Shown: piece by piece, positions 61,604-64,000 of the stretch | Layout: every line of letters starts with the position of its first letter | Position numbering within the stretch: position 1 is the first letter of the stretch | Assembly: GCA_002633005.1 (NCBI GenBank) | Contig: NMRA01000143.1 | Location: 794,453-858,452, forward strand | Direction of reading: 5' to 3' | DNA: 64,000 nucleotides | DNA from: Phoronis australis | Lineage: Eukaryota > Animalia > Phoronida | Notes under the pieces: generated by a model | What the model was told of the DNA's origin: nothing | The model's database searches: none | The model's input: the letters and a program-made list of their open reading frames with translations, nothing else | Position numbers and translations under genes: made by a program

Positions 61604-63570
61604 AATTACTCTGAGCGAACCAACACAGAGTCTTGTAATTCTCGACATTTTATTTTCTTCTTCTTATTATTATTATTGTTATTACTCTGCGTGTAACAGC
61701 ACAATGTCTTGTTATTCTCGGGTTTTTATTTTATTCTAGTTATTATTACTCTGCGCGTACAACTGAGACCAAAGTCTTGTTATTCCCGGGTTTTTATTTT
61801 TTTCTTATTCTTCTTTTCATGTCCGACCATTTCTAATGGTTAATGACTCTCAAATAAGTCAACTTTGAAACTTTGCAAGTACGTTCGAGCCATCCATAAA
61901 TTTAATAAAATATCATGTATTTGACTCATAATACACCGGAAGTAGTGTCTAGGTGCAAAGATCATCAATATTTCAAAGTGTTATTTCTCCTACATTTTCC
62001 AAGGATTTCTTACAATTTAAGTGTGCAGGTCTATTAAATATCTTTATTTCAATCAAATGAAGTACTTTTCTAAGTAATCGGGTACATGTAATTCAATCAG
62101 ATTAAATAGGTCAAAGGTCACTGAGAGCAAATTTAGCTAGATGCTTCAAATTCACATATCTGATTCGTACATACAATTTGTAAGTTTTGGGTCGTTTGGT
62201 GCAACCATGGGGTCTTTAGGTGCATTTTCGTCTGAAAATTTGACTTATTAATTCAACACGTATTCTAGAATACGTGTTGAATTAATAAGCACACAGCTGT
62301 GTCAACAGCTAGACGACAGTGATTCTCAGCATTAAACGCATTTTTTCACGGACTTGGCAATCGCATGTGGCAAAATTTTTGTTATATTCTTGGCATCGTG
62401 AGTACACGTTTCTACAAAGTTTAAAGTACTAAAATCAAATACGTAGGTATACATAAACTGAGTAAAATTAAATATCGCTTTAAGGGAACTGAATAGCGGT
62501 CCCGGTTTACACAGTCACACTCAAATCTCGCTGTATTTATTTACCCATAACACCGTAAATATCCGCCAGGCACATTTGCTGCTTCGTTTTCGTGGCGCTA
62601 CGGTTTCACATGTTATTTGTTGTTTGTTGATTCCTTATGTCACAAGTTCTTCTCTGTTGCATTGCTCTATTTGTCCTTCAAATGTCAAGGAAGTATTGCT
62701 TCTGTGCTGCAACTCCGACGTGAAAAAATTTGATGAATTGGACAAATACCCGTGGATGCGTGGTCTGAAATTCTTCGCCTTCCCTATACCAAAGAAAGAA
62801 TCGAAAATGTGCCTGATTTCCAAAACAATGTCACGCGCTTTCTAATCTCCGGGACGTATGTGTGTTCTATCGCTGTGTAACCCGATACGGCCCTATTGAT
62901 ACATGTGCTTTCAATTGAGTTCCAACTTCAAAGTTTCAGGTCATTTGGTGCAACCATGGGGTCACTAGGTGCATTTTCCAACTAGAATTTTGACCTTTTG
63001 ATTCAACACGTATTCTAATGTGTCAACAGTTAGACAACTGTGTGCATTAAATACACAATTCTAATGAAAGAGCTTACAAAGCATGAGAAAGATCCAATTA
63101 ATGCAAAGGTCACCTAATTTTCAACATATTATTTCTCCTACATTTTGCAAGCAATTCTCTTCAATATCAGCACACAGGTGTAACTCTAGATGCCAATCAA
63201 ACACACCAGTTTTGTAAGCAATCAAGCCATCCAACAAGATGAAATAGGTCAAAGGTCATTGCTTGCAAACTTAAATTTGAGTTTGACTCATCAGATTTAC
63301 ATGTGTGATTAATACATGTAATCGAGTTCCAGTTCAGTTTGAGGTCATCAGGTGCAACCATGGGGTCATGTATTGATATTTCCTTCAACATGATAGAGTA
63401 CTGTGATTTTCAACATTAACCATGTACACTTTTCAGGGACCTCACCATAATTCCTCTACAAGAGCTTATAATGCATCGGAAAAGGGTTTATTAGTGGGAA
63501 GGTCACCTGGTTTTCAAAATGTTACTTCTCCAACATTTTAAAAGAATTGTTTTCGAATTCAGTATACAGG
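61604..63570 (+). repeat. Composite repeat: three tandem head units plus degenerate internal tandem repeats (Helentron/HINE-like)
   Basis: attactctg.gcg...gtcttgt.attc at about 61605, 61681 and 61745. aaataggtcaaaggtca, ggtgcaaccatggggtc and ttatttctcctacatttt recur between 61980 and 63540. Confidence 0.5.
62495..62894 (+). mobile_element. ISL2EU/Harbinger-type THAP MITE, uninterrupted 400-bp copy
   Basis: AT|AGCGGTCCCGGTTTACACAG ... CTGTGTAACCCGATACGGCCCT|AT. The THAP N-terminal half reads CCNSDVKKFDELDKYPWMRGLKFFAFPIPKKE. Colinear with 47733-48109. Confidence 0.75.
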
Positions 63571-63866
63571 GAGACCCGGTCAGTCAGTGTACTCAGGAGG
63601 CAGAACAATGTATTTCTCATATCCACAATGTTTCAAAATCGTGCGAGGCCCTCTCCTTGCAAAGAAATCGCCTTCGACTTATTCACGGACATTTTGTCGC
63701 TTCAAAAACCCACAAAGCTCCATTAATATTTAGCTGTGCTAAGACAGTGCAGGAACGTGACCAGGGTGCCGACTTGCTATGAAAAGGATATTGCATGAGC
63801 CTACCCCTAACACAATAAGGGACTAAATGGCATTGATGAGTGTGAGTGCCAGGAAAAAGGGGCCCC

Positions 63867-64000
63867 GGTTAGGGATTAAGATTAGGGTTAGGGTTAGGGT
63901 TAGGGGTTAGGGCGACGGTTAGGGTTAAGGTTAGGGTTAGGGTTAGCGTTAGGGCAAGGGTGAGGGTTAGGGTTAGGGTTAGGGTTAGCGTTAGGGTTAC
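63867..64000 (+). repeat. Telomere-type (TTAGGG)n with variant units
   Basis: About 20 TTAGGG, TTAGCG, TTAAGG and TGAGGG units running to the window edge. Confidence 0.9.

Overview
This window is eukaryotic, not prokaryotic. It is AT-rich, nearly all six-frame ORFs are short and spurious, GT-AG introns are present, and it ends in TTAGGG-type repeats. The repeat families and the frequent TACATGTA 8-mer suggest a marine invertebrate (inference only). I can reconstruct one host gene: a 4-coding-exon, + strand member of the CXorf65/C22orf15 family (46698-46861, 53025-53302, 53822-54067, 61230-61498; 957 nt, 318 aa; all intron phases compatible). Most other recognisable sequence is decayed mobile DNA: a Kolobok-type element (TTAA TSD, THAP remnant); ISL2EU/Harbinger-type THAP MITEs, one split by a 4-kb Academ-like element with an ATG TSD; a fragmented pogo/Tigger transposase; three hAT-like MITEs with 5-bp TSDs; four copies of a tRNA-derived SINE; and Penelope-type hammerhead ribozyme fold-backs. 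There is also a 2.3-2.7 kb tandem duplication joined at an N, which may be an assembly artefact. I found no clearly new multi-gene system. All alignments and family calls were made by eye, without database searches.
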